64,000 nt of DNA. Source: Antedon mediterranea (lineage: Eukaryota; Animalia; Echinodermata). Shown here piece by piece: positions 13,701 to 27,900 of this stretch. The position numbers were made by a program, and so were the translations under genes. The notes beneath the pieces are model-generated. The model did not search any database. It was not told the DNA's origin and saw only the letters and a list, made by a program, of their open reading frames with translations. The stretch is taken from contig NC_092673.1 of the NCBI RefSeq assembly GCF_964355755.1, positions 25,169,648 through 25,233,647 on the forward strand, given 5' to 3'. Numbering within the stretch: the first letter of the stretch is position 1; every line of letters begins with the position of its first letter.

Positions 13701-16700
13701 AGTATCTTTTCCATGTGAAGCTGAAATTTCAAAATTTCTATTAAAATTCTATGATGATGTCATACGTGTAGAAAGGGAAGATAATCATTTCCCCATTGAA
13801 TATATTATTGAGGAAAACCGTGTAAAAGTATATTCAACTTCTCTTGACCATGCCAAGGCTGCAAGATCATCCATTAAGAAAATGATAAAAAACCAGAAGT
13901 ATCAACTTTCAACTGATAAAGTTAAAGTAATGAAATTAGATGAAGGCAAAGCATTACTTGAATCTTTCAAAGCACTAGAATTGGTGACAGTTGGAATATC
14001 TCAAGTAAAGGGTGAATCCTGCATCATGATTACAGGATTTGACATGGTTGTCAGTCAAGTTATAAGTAAATTGGATGAATTTATACTCACCAACCAGATA
14101 TTAGAGAAAAAACAAGCTGTAGACAAAGGAGTAGTCCTGTTATTAGAAAACCATCATTCACAAGAAATTAGTACTCTAGAAAAAGTTCTGGAAGCATTTT
14201 CTGTGAAGTTAACAACTAAAGGAGACATTGGTTGTATCATAATCAGAGGTAGTCGTAGTGGTATTGATAAAGCTACTGAAGAAATAATAGCCTTTGAAAG
14301 GAAGGTCCAGACAGGCAAACATTTGATATCTCAACCAGGTATGGCAAGTTATTTTAAAGAAGAGAAAGGAAGAAGGGCTTTAAAGTCTGTGGAAAATATG
14401 TTTAAATGTATTATAGAGGTTGATGGCAAGTTTACAAGCAGTGAATCAATGCAAGTACTGTTACGACACAGGTTGCAAAGAGGAGTTGAGTTGACTATAT
14501 GCAAAGCAGATATGACTGAAATGAATGTTGATGTTATTGTGAATGCTGCCAATGAACAACTTCAGCATGTTGGTGGATTAGCTAAAGCTATTGTTGATGC
14601 AGGTATATAAAAATAATCCACTAAAAAGTGTATGTATATACATTATATTATATCAAGATAGAAATGTTGAAAAATATGCTATTTTTATATGCATCTGGAA
14701 ATTATTTTGTACATTGACTGTATATCTGTTTATTATTATTATTTGTTTAGGAGGAAAAGAAATACAGATAGAAAGTAATAAGATAATTGCAGCTCGTGGT
14801 CGAGTGGTTCTGTCGGGAGAGGTTGTCGTAACTGATGCTGGTAAACTTCCATGCAAAAAGGTTATTCACACTGTAGGTCCAAAGTATAACCCACACCAGT
14901 CGAATTTGAAAATTTTGCTCAGGAAGTCAGTGTCTGGTGCCTATGAAGAAGCAGATAAAAGTAGATTCAATTCTATTGCGTTGTCGGCCATTAGTTCTGG
15001 GATATATGGCTACCCTTTAGCACCATGTACACAGGAAATCTTAGAAGCAACTAAAGAGTATTTTAAAGATAATCCTAGATCAACACTACAGCACGTGTAC
15101 TTTGTAAGTGTTGATATTAAGGTTTGCAAAGCCTTTGAATCAGCTACGAAAAGTGTCTTCAAAGTTATGCAGGACGAAGAAGATGACATTTTAATGGTTG
15201 AAGATTATGATGATTTTGTTGGCCTTGCGGCAGCTTCTGCCATACCAATTAGTTCAAATTCTGGACTGAAGATAAGTAATGATGTAGTAACAACGAAAGA
15301 AGGCTTTAATATTAAGCTAATCAAGGGAAAAATTGAAGATTCTAGGGTATGATTTTCTTCCATTTCCATAATTCACTTGCACACAACTCCAATTATTGCA
15401 CTCACTAAGTATTAAAAATGTATTAATTATAGATACCATAAATTTATTTCTTTAGGTGGATATCATTGTAAATACAACTTCAAGGGATCTTAATCTAAAC
15501 AATGGTAATGTTTCTAATGCTCTCCTTCAAGCGGCAGGTGCCCAACTTCAACAGGAGTGTGATGTTATTAGAGCTACTACAGGAAATATTCCATTACACA
15601 AATTTGTTGAAACAGGTCCTGCTGCTTTGAAATGTCGGAAAATATTCCACACAGCATCACAAAATTATCAAGGACCAACCTCAATGCAGGTTTGCTATTG
15701 TACCAAAATGACTTCTTGTTTTTATCCTAATTTTTAAAATTAAATCAATTTACCAGTTTCTGATTAATGTGTTTTTACAGCACAGAGATTCTATATAATA
15801 TTAATTATACACATTGTATAGTAGTCATCAAGATTTGTAATAGACAATTTTGGAATTACTGGAATTTTTTATATTGCTTTTTTCAGAATATAAAAATTCT
15901 TCTTAAAACGATTTTGTCATCGGCATCTAACATGAGGTCAATTGCCATTCCTGCACTAGGGACTGGAAATCTACAGTATCCAGCTGATCAAGTGGCCAAA
16001 GTCATGTATGAGGAAGCTATAGACTTTAGTGCAAATTATCCTCAAAGCAATCTGAAGGAAATACATTTTGTGGTCTATTACAAAGATACCAGAACTATTC
16101 AGGTTTGTGAATTTTTTTCACATTTATTTTATGTTTAATAATGCAAACCTACAGTAAGTGCTGTTTCAGCGGCATGATTTCACAATATGTCTATATAAAA
16201 GTTATGCTTGCATAATGCTTGTTTGTATAATTATCTTGTCTTACCTTCTTTTCAGGCATTTGACTCCGAGAAAAACAATTTAAAATATCCAGCAATAGAA
16301 GAAGAAAAAAAACTAAAAAAACCACGACAATTGGAAGAAAATTCTGAAAATAGAAGTAGGTGTATCTTCGTTTTAAAACTTCAATTATAAAAAAATAATT
16401 GCTATATTTTTTTACACATTTTACAATTATTAATTTATTCCAGTATCAATCAAAATAATTGCTGTCAACATTTGTCATATAAATTACTATTGCTAATATT
16501 TACTTCTAGAAATGTTAAAGATTTGCTTTTCATTTATGAACAAATTAATCATTGAATAGTCCATTACATAATTAATATACTATTAGAAAGATAGATTGAT
16601 TGAAAATACAGATAGATAGATAATATCAGGAAACATACCTCACTTTGTATTAATTATTAAAAGTTCTACAAATAATTGTAACACAGTGTACCAAGTTAAC

Positions 16701-19700
16701 TGGAGACAACCTGTAGCTGACCACCTTGCAACCTCATCACCATATAAACATTTTAGGCGGCTGAGTCCACTTCAGGCAGAGATGGACATTGGATGTGTAA
16801 CTGTGAGAATTGAACAAGGAGATATAACAGCTTGTGATGCAGATTCTATTGTCAATTTAACCTCAAGTGCTTTTGATTTGCGTGCTGGTAAGTCTTTCTA
16901 CAAAACATATATTGAATGAACATCAGTAGTATAGTATATCATCATTGTTGCTTTCACTTTTAACTTTATTACTTTATTTTAGTCATCATCGACTACAGTA
17001 TACGCTAGTATAAAGTTTATTTCCAAGTGGGAAAATTGTGATACACTATAATTAGGGCTACAGATGATTTTCGTTCCATTTACTTTTCTAAAACCATTTA
17101 AGTGATTTTCCCTTTTTTAATTTTCAGGCGCTGTCTCAAGTGCAATTCTTAAAGCAGGGGGAAGAGCCATTCAAACAGAATGTACAAACAACAAGAAATG
17201 TAAGATTCCCTTATTCTCATTTAAAATTTTTAAAATTTAATTATTAATTTTCATATTTAAACAAGTTTGATGACAATGAGAACAACCAACTAAAACATCA
17301 AATTTAATATAAATTTGTATATTTTGATACTTTACAAAACCTGACAATAATAGAAAAAAATATCTAATTTTAAAATTATACACCTGTTTAACATGTTAAA
17401 GGACATCATTTGGCTATGTTATTATGAACAATCTACAATTTTGAAGTGTACTATCTTATGTTATATTAAAAAAGTCTTTACTTTCTCAGCTCGCTCAGAA
17501 GAGGTGTGGACAGGTTCAGGTAGCCTAAGCTGTGGTGCAATTTGTCACCTTCCTATGCCTAACAGCCTAAGTCAGCTTAAAGCAATGTTAGTCAGAATAA
17601 TGGCAACAGCTAACAATTGGAAGAATGATACAATGGCATTTCCAGCTATTGGTACAGGTAATAACATTATTTTACTATATTGGAAGATTTTGGGAGAATT
17701 TAAGTATTTACAGTACTTCTTACTAAAAAAAGGATGAACGTTTTGGTAAAGAAGTAGATTAAGGAACAAAGAATGCGATGTGAAGTTTGTTATCTTTATC
17801 CAAACACTTGTTATAGCATATAGTGTGTTTTGATCTGTCTGATGTTAAATATATGTTTGTTTTCTTTATTTTTCTGAGGTTTTGACATGCATATTGCATT
17901 TGTTAATTTGTTATTGTAGGAAACATTGGACATTCGCCTAAAGAAGCAGCTACATTTCTTTTCGACTGCATCCTAAAATTTTCAAAGAAAGAAAATCCAG
18001 GCTACTTAAAGAAGATCTTGATCATTGTGTTTGAGATACCTATGACTTCAGAATTTATTTCTACTATGGAAGCTATCCAGGGACAACAGCCTCACCACAA
18101 AGGTTTTCTTCAGAGAGGTTTTGGTAATAATCAATTTATACAATTTTTTACAGACCAATTTTCTCTAGACACTGAAACACTACATTGAACATTTTTTTAA
18201 ACAAACTGGTAAATGAATAACTTGGTAAGTATAATAGATATTATTAATAAAATAATATTCCTGTCTACACATAAGATAAATCATTACTTTTATTTTTATG
18301 ATTCAAGATTATATGATGGCAAAGGTACGAGGGACAGAGGAGGAAGCAACTGCTGATGCTTCTACTAGCCCACAAATTGCCTTAAAAATTCTATCACTAG
18401 ATGAGGAGGGGATAAAAGGAGCAAAAAGTAAAATACAATCAATAATTGCCGAGGAAATGACACAAAAGGTTTGTTTACAATTCAGAATGTTATGCTATTG
18501 GTGATTAAATAAATTATATATGTACTGTACAGGGCATCATCTAAATCTTATTAGATTGTTTAGTATTAGAATCAGAAATGTGGGTTTCCAACATGCAAGC
18601 TCCGCCCATATGCACGTGCGTTAGTACCTTAGTTACCTTAAATACTGCGCCAAGATGAATAATAATCGAAGGGTATTAAAACATGGAAGAATAAACACAT
18701 TTCAGAATAATAAAAAACAAAGTGGTAAATGTAAAGTTATGTTTTTTAAAGCCAAGTTTAAAAATGTCTGCACCTAGGATATGCCTCCATGCATTAAGCC
18801 TTCCATCTTAAAGCGAAATCAAAACAAACAAGTATGTTAACCCAACTGTATGCTGTTATGCAAATTAATTATACATTGTATACACTTACACAAAATAAAT
18901 GTTTACTCTATCCTTTTTCTCATTAGTAGTATATTTTATAAGTGTAATGAGAACTTTGAATGTACATACTTTTTTTTCTTTTATTGAAGATTTTACAGAA
19001 AGAAATCTTCAGCCGATTTACTCCACAACAGATTGCTAAGTTAAACAAGATTGCTGGAAAATATGAGGTATGAAGTTTTTTTTTTTTGCAATTCCACACA
19101 CCACCCTATCAAGTTGGAGGATATTTTGCCCATATAGTGAATATTCAAACCTTTTGCTTTTACTTACATTAAAAAAACACATATTTTTATCTCTAAATTT
19201 TATGCTTTAGGTTGATATTAACGCCCGAAACATCAAATCAAACACCATTGAATTGAAAGGCAGGCCTGTTAATGTAATGGATGCTCAACAAGCCATATTT
19301 GATTTAACTGATAAAATACATGAAGCAGAAAAAGAAGAAAAAGAAAAGCAGTTAATTTTAAAAGATGTGAAGTGGTTCTACACAGGCGTTAGTAATGACA
19401 TGGTGGAATTTGATGGAGATATTACAGTTTTGCTTGAAAAAGCCTACAAAAACAAAGAGAAGTATGTAACGTATACTGCAAGTAATAATCACAAATACAA
19501 GGTGAACCTCAGGGATATGGAAGAAAGTGATTTAACAATGAAGAAAACCTACCTGGTTTTTCGTAATGATTTAAAAGGTATGGTTCTGTATACATATTTG
19601 GAATCATAAGACCAGCAATTTTATCTAAATTTAAACCAAATTGCATTTTATTGTGCTATTAAATAATCATGGCAGAGGAAGTTGAAATAAAATATTAAAA

Positions 19701-21117
19701 ATGTAATCACAAAAAAGTTGGACCTAATTTAAAATAAAGCAAATTAAATGGCCCCAAAAAGGAAATGTGACAATGGGCTTTGAACCAGGATTTAGCTGTT
19801 ATAATTATAAATATAATAATAATAATAATAGATGGCAAAAACATTAAGTTTACATTATCGGCAATACCGAGGTTAAATGCAAAATCAAACAAAAAGATAT
19901 TAAACTTTGATGTTAAAGATAAAATTATTGATTTATGAGTTTTTATCCTATCATAGCTGTATTGAGTCTTCCTTCTCATTGGAGTCCAATGAAGAAAAAT
20001 GAGCAACTCAAAGTAGAAGATCTTTTGCAAGGTAGTAGCCAATATAAAAGTGTTGAGAGTAAGTTTACTACTGCATTGGCAAACCAGTTTCAACTACAGT
20101 CTATCATCAAGGTTTGTACGTTTATGAACTATTTTAAAAGTGGGCCTTTTTAAATTTTGGTTTTCTTTCATCAGCATTTAAAATAATTTCCTCTCTTTCC
20201 AATAGTATTATAATGTTGCATGTTCTCTTCAATGTTTAAAATATGTATTTTATTCTTTTATGTTTATTATTATTTATTTTTTTTAAAAGAAATATTTTTT
20301 TAATTTATTGAAACAAACTTTATATACAAACACAGAAGGGTATTGTGACTTAACTGATTTTACAATGGCTTATGGCATATTTTTTTCTGCAGAGTTGTTA
20401 CCTGTTTAACAGCATTAACTGTTATAAACATATCTACCATAATTTCATTAGTAATATTTCTTTTGTTATAGATAAGTCGCATTCAGAATATTGAGTTGTG
20501 GAAACAATATGCTGCTAAAAAAGAAACTTTTGAAAAGACCATGCCTGGTAAATCAGTTGAACAAATGCTGTACCATGGCACTGATGAAGGATCTGTTGAC
20601 AAGATCTACAATGGAGGTTTTAACAGAAGCTATGCTGGAAAAAATGGTAGTTTAAAAAATTGACATCCTAGTAGATTTAATAATAAATTTATAAAATTGT
20701 TTGTAACAATGCACATTAATCTGTTTATTATTGAGCATATGTTCTATTTACACTTTCAGTCACTTTTGCCCCGATTTTGAGTTGGTTTTGTTGTCATTAT
20801 TCTCAGTACAATTTTGTATTAATCCCTACTTTATTATTTTAACAATCATTTCAGCGGCTGCTTATGGGCAAGGAACTTACTTTGCTGCCATTGCAGGTTA
20901 TTCTGCCCAAACACAATATTCTCGACCAAATGCAAGAGGAGAAAAACACATCTTCCTGTGCAATGTGCTTGTAGGTAATTGTGGAAAAGGACAAGGTGGC
21001 CTGTTGGCACCACCACAAGGCTTTCACAGTGTTGGAGATAACACTACCAACCCGTCAATTGTTGTCATATTCAACGATGTTCAAGCCTATCCTAGTTATC
21101 TTATTAAATTTAATTAG
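7786..21117 (+). CDS. PARP14: PARP14-like mono-ADP-ribosyltransferase, paralog A (5'-partial; RRM array-KH-3xMacro-WWE-PARP)
   Basis: Phase-consistent GT-AG exons: 7786-7877, 8348-8714, 9130-9372, 9525-9836, 10000-10245, 10542-10799, 11140-11427, 11789-12037, 12265-12489, 12959-14602, 14751-15346, 15456-15689, 15887-16102, 16256-16355, 16687-16887, 17128-17199, 17490-17657, 17920-18123, 18308-18468, 18990-19067, 19211-19577, 19957-20111, 20472-20646, 20855-21117. Motifs: repeated YFE..SGGG RRM-like units, macro IVNAAN..HVGGLAKAI / AISSGIYGYP, WWE (KWFY..LEKAY), PARP YHGT..GFNRSYAGKN, YGQGTYFA, QAYPSYLI. Exon 1 not found in the window. Confidence 0.93.
8773..9065. repeat. Intronic tandem repeats (17-bp unit x3, then degenerate ~45-bp units)
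   Basis: (TGTAATAGAATAATAG)-type repeats at 8775-8820, then recurring TTCCTG(G)T(T)AA(A)TTATCCTGTAGCAGCA-like units. Confidence 0.6.
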
Positions 21118-22782
21118 ACCAAAATATCAATTACTTTAAGTAGATTAACTATTTGAATGTACAGTATAATATTAAACCCTAATAATTATAAGTAAATTCA
21201 ACAATATATAGGTACAGTATAGACCTAACAAAAGTACTAACACTAAAGATAACTTTTATTAAAAGTAAACTCAACATTACATTTAGGCCTATGAAATCAC
21301 CTATAAACCTATACTTGTTGTAGTTAATAACATGAATATTATATAAACATTAACATTATGATTACCCATATTAAATTCCTTTATTCCCATTCCTTTTCAT
21401 TAGCCAATCATAGTACTATTTATATTATACCTTGATGTGTAGTAGACATATTAGTTCAGTCTATTCATTTATAGATTAGTATTGTAGTATTAGTATTCAG
21501 TAGTATTTAATTGTAAATGCTGTTTGCTGTTTATGTTTTGCAGTTATTGGAACGTATAATATTGATTGAAAAATAATAATCTATTGGACTTTTAATATTA
21601 TTAAATCATCAAGCTAAATTAAGAAAAAGTAGTTTTGTTTTACATGCAATATTAAAGCCAATTTGGAAGAACTTAAAAGAAAACAATCTTTTGTTTAGGT
21701 ACATTTTTAGCTATTTTAAATCCATTGCTTTATCCTTCCTATTCAAATGATAGTTATTGATGACCTCTGTGATCTAATTGTTACGTAAATGACAGTGAAT
21801 TATCAAATTTGTATCCGGTCATCGCAAAGAAATTGGTTTAAAACCACATTTTTTGCAAACATTTCCTGTTCTAAATCTAACATTTATAGTCCAATGGCTA
21901 AACGAGAATTAAAAATTCCCCCAGAGGATATAGGGCTATTATAATATAGATATACTGTATGGTGGTGGTTTTTTCAATTGTATCATTTATATAAGCGTAA
22001 GCATAGAATGAAACATTATTACTATTATTATGTTTTTTTATATATGTGAAGCAGGGGTATAGACTGGGGGATTTCCTTCTCCCCCTTCCCCACCAAGAGG
22101 TATAAAAGTAATTTATGAAGACCTGCAGCCTGTAGTTTTCCAAATTTTCTTAACTGAGCCCCAACCATAGAGCGGATTCTAGATACTTATGAATTTGGTT
22201 TCAAGTCCAATTTCCAGGACCTACAGTAGCAACTCTATTTTTGAAAATGGTGGGCTTGGTTTCGTTTTATATATCAATGTAGTGCAATTTCCGGGGACCT
22301 AGCATCTCTTTTTCAAAATTGTATTGGAGATCAGCCCCAGGGGAGGGAATGTGGTGGGGAGAGGAGGAGGTTTGGTTAGTCCCGCATTTACAATATTCGC
22401 ACTTCCCCCTGACAGCAACCAGCCTGTACCTCTGTGGAGAAATATTGAATAGACGAAACATTATCTTATGAATAAAACTATATGTGAACTGTTTTTTGTT
22501 GTTGTTTGTTTTACATTATTGTTTGGTTTGGTTGGTCAAATAAATAAATGAAATACATTAATGAAACTAGTAACAGCTACAGAAACTACAAAGCCAAGGA
22601 AGGGAACTTGCAACTGCAGAAACAGAAACTTTTTTAGCTAATTGCCTAGCATACATATTTCTCTAGATTTTTTGGGCTACAATGCTATCTTGAGCATTTC
22701 ACTAAGTTCTGCATTTCAATAAGTACACACATACGGTTTTCACTTTTGTATGTTATACCATGGAGTTCTTGTTAGAAATATA

Positions 22783-24530
22783 TGTGACCTGCTCTGGCAA
22801 AGTGAAACATAAGTCGAAAATTTAAATTTTTCAGATTTGTATTCTATCTGGTAGGAAATGTTATATCCTTTACAATGATACCAAACTTAATATTTAACAT
22901 GAAGGGGATCCCGAGATACTGTACGTTAAGTCGAAGCATGTATAAAGAAATATACAAATAACAGTTTTGAGAAAATCATGATTGAATTTCAATGTTATTT
23001 TATAAAACAACACAAATTAATATTTGTTAATCTAATAGTGTATACTTTCTAAGTATCACACATTCACAAAATATGATACAATGAAATGTTTTTTGGTAGG
23101 ATATTGATTACTGTGACAATGCATACAAAAAAATATTTCCACATTCTATGTTAAGTACATACTTGTGTTTCTTTTAAGCACTTGCTTAAAATGGTAAAAA
23201 AGGGGGTAAATTAATGTTTTTACACTAAAAAAACTGTATTATTCTTTAAGAATTAATTAAATGTATACAATAAATTAAGTTATATAACATTAAATACCAT
23301 TTCTTGAACTACTGGATTTAAGTACGTTCTTAAAAGTTACTTAAATAATTTAAATTTTAGTTGTGTAGTGCCTGCTGATTAGATAACAAATACAACTTAA
23401 ATAACATTATGCGATTGCTTTAATCAATTAAATAATGGATATGTTTTAAGCACATACTAATGTATTAAGTTTGTTTTAAGCATTTACTTAAAATTGTGTA
23501 ATGTTCATGAAATTATGTTGGTGTAAGTGCATAATAATAGCCTACAATAACATGAATTAATACAATACTTATTATGCAAAAACAATAAATATGGTAGGCC
23601 TATGTGATATGTAGGCAAATAAAAGTGCCACTTAGGCCTAGCCTACCTATCCTAGCTAGGCCTATTTGCCCTGCAACCTACCTAGCTAGCCTACCTAGGC
23701 GCGCCTAGCTAGTCTAGTCTAGACCTGCTAGGCCTACCCTAGGGCCTAGCTAGGCTAGGACAAGTAGGCCTAGAAGGACCCAGCCTGGAGTCCAAAAGGC
23801 TACTTAGTAGGCCTAGGCTAGTCACTACACTGGCTGTAATAATTTAATATCATAGGTCCTTTGCTACTCTCATTATGTTTTTATTTTTTAGTCATTATAT
23901 TTGGCCTAGGCCCTAGACTGGATCCATTGATTATCTTAAATCTGAATTGTTTACACTCTCTTCTCCGCGTAAAAAGTAAACAGGTCAAAGGTCATTATAA
24001 GGATAAGCCAATTACAGTACTGTATTTCTACTACGCGCTAGCCATTACATGGCGTATCCTTGACAACGGATTTCTGTTGTGTAAAAATCACGTCAGAGAA
24101 GCTTTTTACCTCCTCTAATTCCCGCTGAAGAAGCCAAAAATATTGAAAACCACTTGAAATACCCACTGAATATGGCTTATGAATATTTAAATTTTCAGAC
24201 TCTACCATGTTTCTAAAGGTAGCTATACAAATATTTTCATAAACTGCACAGTTTTCTAACAGTGTTTCATGCACTTTATTTCATTTTTTTGCAACAAAAT
24301 GAAATCAAGACAAAAAAGGTACTCATTAAAATCACTTATTTAGCCCTTTTATAAACTTAATTCACACAAAATGAAACGTGATCTTGATTCTTAAATAGTT
24401 GTAGATTCCAAAAAGGGGAAAACCCTATTTTCACCAAGATAGTGATTTTTAACGTACATAGTACTTCTATAGGTCAATACACTGAATAAAGATCAGCGAG
24501 TTATGTTTCACTATGCCAGAGCAGGTCACA
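22783..24530. mobile_element. Non-autonomous DNA transposon with 30-bp TGT...ACA TIRs (Ginger-like, family uncertain)
   Basis: TGTGACCTGCTCTGGCAAAGTGAAACATAA / TTATGTTTCACTATGCCAGAGCAGGTCACA (1 mismatch), flanked by TATA on both sides. No transposase ORF. Confidence 0.75.
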
Positions 24531-24591
24531 TATACTGTATTGATATTTTATGTGTAATAGTTTTGCTGCTTATGGCACCTCATATAAAACA

Positions 24592-24840
24592 GGGAAATTC
24601 CAGCTTAAATTTGATTGGACAGTTCAGTTTTTACGTCATAGCAAAGATCTGATAATTACAATCTTTTAGCGATTTAATAATTTTGGGAATTTCCAGGCTT
24701 AGGAGGAAAGAGTCATTAGTTTACCACAAAATAAAATAACAATTTTTAATGCTGTTTAATGACCGAGTGTTAGCACAGGTTGAAGTACGTTGTGCTCACA
24801 AAGGAAACACAATATTATATTATTATTATATTAGGCCAAT
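24592..24840 (+). promoter_or_regulatory. Putative immune-inducible promoter of PARP14-like B: two kB sites, CCAAT boxes, CRE-like half site
   Basis: GGGAAATTCC at 24592-24601 and GGGAATTTCC at 24685-24694 both match GGGRNWYYCC. ATTGG at ~24615, ACGTCA at ~24633, GGCCAAT at 24834-24840. The kB sites lie 250-350 bp upstream of ATG 24947. Confidence 0.6.
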
Positions 24841-24946
24841 AGATCGGAGTTAGCTGTGCGAGAATTAATTGTTGAATGATTTTGGTACCACCACACACAG
24901 GCCTGAGTGAGTCTAGGCCTAGCTAGGCCTAGGTCAAATTACCAAT

Positions 24947-27900
24947 ATGGCAGCATTTAAAAACCGTACAGGTGAAGCAGCAGTTTATGTAAGGTTTGAA
25001 GGTCTTTCAAAACCATACCCACCTAGCCTAAGTGACAAGCTTCAGCTTTATTTTCAAAGTTACAAAAAATCTGGAGGAGGTGACATAGATTCTGTGAGCA
25101 TACACACACAGGATGATGATGCATTTGCAATTATCATTTTTGACAAACTAGAAAGTAAGTATTTTATTTAATTGTGACTCCAAACACATTGATTTCCTTA
25201 GACTAACTAGAAGTTTATTTGTACAGTTTGCAAAATGCAGTGATTAAAATATGGTCGACCAAAAGTATACTCAAACAGTTAAGCCTGTCTTTCACTGTCA
25301 TTCATGGCAATTAGTTTCCAAAGTTGTGCATTATATCTAGACCAGCGCTCCGCATACTTTTTATTTCGTGACTTAATATCCCATTCCCAAGACTCTGTTG
25401 AAGTTGGACCAAGTTAATTAAGCTAATAATAATATGAAAGAATCTGCCATGGATGTCAATATTCCTAAAATTATCCACCGCAATAATCCTCATTTTCAGG
25501 AATATGGACCTTATTGTATTATTTCTTTCAGCACAGCTTTCCACTTTATAAATTTAGCAATGGTGTTATGGTATATTTACAAATATTTTCCGCAAGAAAA
25601 CCACATAAACTCTGACACAATTTGGTTAAATCAAACACCATTTATCATCACTTACAGTTTGTTAGAAGCTGCATTTTGCTAAAATATTTTTTTTTTAAAT
25701 TTCTCAAACCACCCCATAGCCCTTGGAAAATGTTTTGCAGTCCATAGTTTGTGGAACGTCGACAACCAGGCATCCAAATAAAATATACAGTACGCCTTCA
25801 GTAAATTTGAACAACCACGTCCATGGGTTGGGATTAGAATTGTTGGCAGTTCAGTCAGACTTTGGGGACAGATTCCGGGGTTTTTTTTTTAAAGAGGAGT
25901 GCAAACGTTGAATATTATTAATAAGGTAGAATTATATATACTAAAGTAACCTACCGTATGTTAAATTATAGTATTTTATAAAAAAATTATTTAATACGAG
26001 ACAAGCTTGGTTTTCGAAATTAAGTCAAGGCAATCTGGATATGTTTTTATTTTAGAAAGATATCAATCCGAATCCACTGGATGAATGAATATTCATTTTC
26101 GAATTGGGATATTATTCAAGTTGACCTTTAGTAGAAGGAACCTAATCATCATGTGTTTATTTCTAGATGCACAAAATGTTTTGGCAAAGAAAAATCATAC
26201 ATTGGTTATTGAAAATATGGAAATTGAGTTAATAGTAGAAGAAGCTGGAATATCCAAGGTAGGTTTTCAAGAACATAGGCCTACCGGTAGGTGTGACATA
26301 AGAGAGGGATTGTGGAGGGATCCTTGCTGCAATTTGTCTATCAATTATTACTTTGTTCACTTTTTTAAAAAGTGCATAGCCGGCTCATTTGAGTTACAGC
26401 ATGTTTGATTAAGCTGCCCCTGCCCAGCATTTTTCCTCTTTCATGTTACTACAGTATTATATTGATGTTATGCTAGGATCTGACAAAAAGTAAACAAATT
26501 TATGTTTTCCAATTAATGTGTCTTTTGTGGAATCAAATTAGAGCTACAATAGTAAAGAGTTTATTGCGGTAGTACAGTAAATATGTTTGCAAGATTGTCG
26601 ATTATGTAAGGTTAAAGACCCCTTCCCTGCAATTTTGGATGTTTTTTGGAAAATAATACATATATATCACTTTAAAAACATTAAACCATGTCATTCCTTG
26701 TCTTAAATGTACTTTTTATGGTAAATTATGATAAAAAGTGAGAAACAATGCACTACCTAAGTAGCTCGCGGCGATCGAACTCTCGTGGACGGTCTTTAGG
26801 CCTAGCCTAGCTAGGCTTAGTTTTGTAGGCCTAGCTCAGTGGTAAACATCGGTAACGTACGAACATCGTACGCTAGCTATATACCTAGCCTGACGTTGTA
26901 TAGTTGCTGCATTAATTGTCTTTCTATTTTTGCCAGACTCCGTTGATACAAATTGGGGAAAAACCGGTATTTTCGCTGAAAAGTTAGGAATCTTCCATTT
27001 GTTTTGGCCTCACGATCGATCGAAAAGTGGGCGAATTACAGGTGAAAAACAAAAATATCAATCCGCGCGCAATGCATTTTGGGATTTATAGCGGGCCGCT
27101 ATAATTATTAGAATCGACTTATTTTTCACATTTTTAACCGTTTAATAAAGACAAAAAAAAGTTATCGCAATAGGACCATATATTATTATTTTTACATTAA
27201 ATATAGTTTGTGATCTTAAATTAGATCTAAAAAATGTAGGGAAGGGGGCTTTAATGAACTTCAGCAATAGAGAGGCCATAATTGGGTTGGAATGCATTCT
27301 GAATTATGAATATAAAAAAAATCATGACCACAGACACTGTTTGAGTTTGGATAACTAAATGCATTTTCCATACAAGTAAGTATCCACAAAAACATATAGA
27401 AATAAACTATGATGGTAAGTTTATAGAAAAACATTATCTTATAAACTTGTGTATCATAGTTGAATTTGATTTTTCTATCCATGGAGTAATAAGTTGATTA
27501 ACTTATTTCTCCATGTTCTACTGATTCCACCTATACAGAAGCCATGATGTATCCTTTATCAATTACAATCATCACTGAAACAGAAAACAATGTTCAATAG
27601 AATGTAGATATGTTTGACTTTGACCCACTGTAGTCATGAGACTAATCAAAATTGATAAATATTCATGAGTAAAACTGTAATCAGTTAATAATTTAAATTG
27701 TTTAAACATACTTGAAAAAACAGAAATCACATTCAACCGAAAGATACCATTACCATTTACCCCAATTGAAATGAACAGATAAATAAAACAATGAGAAATA
27801 TTATGAAATAAAGACCCATATAAATTGTATTAAGTGATTAATAGCAATCCCAACAATTATAATGAGATTATAATTAGAAAGAGATTCATTCAATTACATT

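Noticed and set aside
23630-23830. Dense CTAG/AGGCCT palindromic cluster as a specific regulatory array
   Set aside because: Low-complexity motif that recurs throughout TEs in this window; it appears to be a genome-wide compositional feature.
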